From the human T2T-CHM13v2.0 reference genome, Homo sapiens, in NCBI RefSeq assembly GCF_009914755.1, contig NC_060943.1: a stretch of 64,000 bases of DNA; one strand, 5' to 3'. The notes beneath the pieces were generated by a model. It was not told where the DNA came from and did not search any database. It was given only the letters and a program-made list of their open reading frames with translations. Position numbers and translations under genes: made by a program. Shown one piece after another: positions 62,670 through 64,000 of this stretch; the stretch's first letter is position 1, and each line of letters starts with the position of its first letter.

Positions 62670-63400
62670 ATGTGACAATACCAAGTGCTGACAAGAATGT
62701 GGAACAACTGGAACTCTTTCTTTTTTAACTTTTGTTTTAGATTCAGGAGTACAGGTGTGGATTTGTTACTGGAACTTTCATACATTGCTAATAGGAAAGG
62801 CAAAATGGTAAAGCCGGTCTGGAAAACAATATGCCAGTCTCAAAAAGTTACACATCCAATATGACCCAGCAATCCCACTTATAAGTACTTATCCTAGAGA
62901 AATGAAAAATTATGTGCACACAGAAACCTGTACATGAGTGTTTGTAAGTATTATTTATAATTAAAAAAAAAACTAGAGACAAGCAAATGTTCTTCAGTGT
63001 GTAAATGGATACACTGTGGTACATTCCCAAGATGGAATTCTACTCAACGATAACAATAATGAGCTACTGAAACATGCAGCTACATAGATGAACCTCAAAT
63101 GCATTACGCTAAAGGAAAGAACCCAGTCCCAAAAAGTTACATACTGTATGATTCCATTTATATGACATGCTGGAAAAGGTGAAAATATAACAACAGAAAA
63201 CAGATCAAATGTTGCTGAGTGTCTGGGGTGGGGTGGGGTCTGAATACAGAGGGGTTGCACGAGGCAATTCTTTGAGGTGTTGGAATTGTTTTGTATCCTG
63301 CTTGTGGTCATAGATAAAAAATCTGCATGTGTAAAAAATAGAAGTATACATACAAAAAAGTGAATTGTACTGTCTGTAATTTTTTTAAATAAATAAAAAT
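62670..63400 (+). mobile_element. L1MC/ME-like 3' end
   Basis: atgacccagcaatcccactt...tactgtatgattccatttatatgac; A-rich end. Confidence 0.75.
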
Positions 63401-63842
63401 CCCTAGCTCTGCTTCATCAGCAGCAGTACCTCCTGATTTGTGTCTTCAAAGATATCTTTAGACTGGCTTCTGAATTACATATCCAGTAGTAGTCAGCCTA
63501 CACACACACAGGCCTTGCCACATGGTCTCATCATTGTTCCGCAGGTCAACTCACAACACAAGTAACACATTACAGTTAGCCCGTATTTGTAAACTCCATC
63601 CAGATGATCAGCCCCCCATTGGAGTGGCAGGCTTCATGTCTGGGGGTGGCACACCTATGGAAGATGGAACTCAGCGTGTGTGCTCTGTTGGGCGTCTCCA
63701 TCACATCTAACAGTGGCTGACAAACCAGCCAATACATAGTCATCAGGGCATATGCAATCATTGGGAATAATACTAAGTGGGGCCAATTCTGCTATCCCTT
63801 GGTTCTCAGTGGTATTCTTAATTCCAACACAGTGCCATTTAA

Positions 63843-63999
<157 letters not shown>

Positions 64000-64000
64000 G

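Overview
This is primate, almost certainly human, genomic DNA from a KRAB zinc-finger cluster, with about 60 Alus plus old L1, LTR and DNA-transposon remnants. It holds one complete plus-strand KRAB-C2H2 gene that I recognise as ZNF382. Its coding exons are 39200-39338, 39935-40027 and 55433-56853 (550 aa, 9 intact fingers). The window also contains the 5' end of a minus-strand gene whose first codons (MANSS) match ZNF529. That gene has a proximal CpG-island promoter at ~2.3-3.3 kb and a distal one at ~34-35.1 kb, shared head-to-head with ZNF382. A plus-strand lncRNA (ZNF529-AS1) is expected from the proximal island. Gene names are from recall, not from a database search. The main finding is that the two promoter regions (~1030-6120 and ~31850-37340) are diverged, colinear copies of one ancestral head-to-head unit that decayed reciprocally. 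The left copy kept the minus-strand start exon and lost the plus-strand one; the right copy did the opposite. Other findings are a predicted NMD splice switch at the ZNF382 KRAB-A acceptor, fossil zinc fingers in the 3' UTR, an orphan KRAB-type start exon at 23068-23135, and two local templated duplications. I see no evidence for a new protein family.
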